Shown piece after piece: positions 62,560 through 64,000 of a DNA stretch of 64,000 nt; position 1 is the first letter of the stretch, and each line of letters starts with the position of its first letter. The notes below the pieces were generated by a model. The model saw only the letters and a program-made list of their open reading frames with translations. It was not told where the DNA came from and searched no databases. The position numbers were made by a program, and so were the translations under genes. The stretch is from Gammaproteobacteria bacterium. GTDB lineage: Bacteria; Pseudomonadota; Gammaproteobacteria; Eutrophobiales; Eutrophobiaceae. The DNA lies in contig CBDCTH010000004.1 of the NCBI GenBank assembly GCA_965222155.1, positions 384,001 to 448,000 on the forward strand, read 5' to 3'.

Positions 62560-63783
62560 ATGACTCAGAAAACCGCCGGCGGGCAGCCTGGAACTGCGCT
62601 TTCACCGGACGCGATCGCAGCCCTGAAAGAGTATTTCAACCTGTGGCTGGAATGCGGGGAGCAGGCGTATGCGGAAATGGCATTTACCGAGGAATACTCG
62701 CGCAACTTTGCCGGCCTGGTGAATGCGTTTTTGGCCATGCGGCGCGGGCTTGCCGATGAGGCGGCCGGGTTCGACCTGCCGTTGCCTCCGGGTTTTGCAA
62801 AGCCGTCCGGCGCCGCCCCTGTTGACGTCGGTCCTTCGCTCAGGGACGAGGTGTACTACGAGGACAAGGTCAGGCTGTACCACTACAAACCGCTTGTTGC
62901 CGAACCCCATGGCGTCCCCGTCCTGATCGTCTACGCCCTGGTCAACAGGCCGTACATCATGGACCTGCAGGACGGGCGTTCGTTAATCCAGGGGTTGCTC
63001 AAGGCCGGCCTGGACGTTTACCTGCTTGACTGGGGCTATCCGGATAAGGACGACGTGGCCCTGACCCTGGACGATTACATCAACCGCTACCTGGACAACT
63101 CGGTGAATTTCATCAGGCAGCGGGGTGGTGCAGACCGGATTAACCTGCTGGGGGTGTGCCAGGGGGGGACGTTCTGTCTCTGTTATACGGCCCTGCGCCA
63201 GCACAAAGTCGCCAACCTGGTGACCAGCGTCACGCCTGTGGACTTTCATACCCACCGGGACCTGCTTAGCCACCTGGTCCGGCACCTGGACATCGACCTG
63301 GGCGTGGACACCCTGGGCAATATACCCGGCGAGTTCCTGAACTGGCTGTTCCTGCTCTTGAGGCCGTATCGGCTGACCGGGAAAAAATACCTGGACGCGC
63401 TGGATATCCTGGATGACAAGGACAAGCTCGCCATGTTCATGCGCATGGAAAAGTGGATTTTTGACAGCCCCGACCAGGCCGGAGAGGCGTGCCGCCAGTT
63501 CGCCGGGGATTTTTACCAGGGTAATAAACTGGTGAAGGGAGAGGTACGCATCGGCGGGCAACAGGTTGACCTGGAACAGATATCGATCCCGATCCTCAAT
63601 ATCTACGCAAGTGATGACCACCTGGTCCCGACCGATGCATCCAAGGCCCTGGCGGGTTGCATCAGCAGCGAGGATTACACCGAACTGGACCTACCGGGCG
63701 GCCACATCGGCATCTACGTCGGCGCCGACTCCCAGTCAACCCTCCCCGGCGCCATCAACGACTGGCTCAGAGCACGCCCCTGA
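62560..63783 (+). CDS. phaC: Class III PHA synthase PhaC with PhaE-like N-terminal segment
   Basis: YALVNRPY, lipase box GVCQGG, MEKWIFDSPDQAG, DDHLVP, GGHIG. Start probably ATG 62560; the upstream ORF extension is REP sequence. Confidence 0.88.
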   Translation: MTQKTAGGQPGTALSPDAIAALKEYFNLWLECGEQAYAEMAFTEEYSRNFAGLVNAFLAMRRGLADEAAGFDLPLPPGFAKPSGAAPVDVGPSLRDEVYYEDKVRLYHYKPLVAEPHGVPVLIVYALVNRPYIMDLQDGRSLIQGLLKAGLDVYLLDWGYPDKDDVALTLDDYINRYLDNSVNFIRQRGGADRINLLGVCQGGTFCLCYTALRQHKVANLVTSVTPVDFHTHRDLLSHLVRHLDIDLGVDTLGNIPGEFLNWLFLLLRPYRLTGKKYLDALDILDDKDKLAMFMRMEKWIFDSPDQAGEACRQFAGDFYQGNKLVKGEVRIGGQQVDLEQISIPILNIYASDDHLVPTDASKALAGCISSEDYTELDLPGGHIGIYVGADSQSTLPGAINDWLRARP

Positions 63784-63817
63784 CGCAACACCATTCCTGC
63801 GAAATCAGCGAATCTTT

Positions 63818-64000
63818 TTAATTTGGGACACCCATTAATTTGGGAAGTCGAATCTTTAATTTGGGACACCCATTAATTTGGGAAGTAAATTTGGAATTTA
63901 TGGGTGTCCTGAATTGACCTCCTACATTGACCCGAATTTATGGGTGTCCTAAATTGACCCCTGAATTTATGGGTGTCCTGAATTGCCCCCCTAATTTATG
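63818..64000. repeat. GGACACCCAT/ATGGGTGTCC inverted cluster
   Basis: Two direct copies with a duplicated flank, then at least three inverted copies. Confidence 0.9.

Overview
Gammaproteobacterial chromosome segment (GC-rich core genes, probably a host-associated or marine MAG). It has a housekeeping backbone (lptD, dcd, apbC, metG, rnfABCDG, cysG, msrB, mltF, egtD ... fabB, fabA, ispG, acs, phaC) and a ~37 kb accessory region (19.3-56.4 kb). Two short-repeat families occupy almost every intergenic space: (i) a GGACACCCAT/ATGGGTGTCC motif that also flanks an intact RAYT-like HUH (Y1) transposase gene at 13.3-14.3 kb, and (ii) REP-like palindromes GTCAT(T/G/A)CCGG...ATCCAG. The GGACACCCAT motif forms inverted hairpin pairs that bound toxin-antitoxin and other gene cassettes, perfect 17-bp satellites, and a CRISPR-like repeat/spacer mini-array. 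One spacer is an exact copy of nearby DNA, and the motif also brackets a diverged egtD-mltF junction fragment. This suggests an HUH-driven, integron-like DNA-capture system (inference). The second half holds two inverted RTX-protein paralogs sharing exactly 60 bp of upstream DNA, only one behind a stack of six sigma70-like promoters, next to a tyrosine recombinase and a type I secretion system (candidate inversion switch). A family of membrane-anchored coiled-coil paralogs whose lengths differ in 7- and 11-residue steps lies between them. No rRNA, tRNA or cas genes were seen. All calls were made by eye without database searches.
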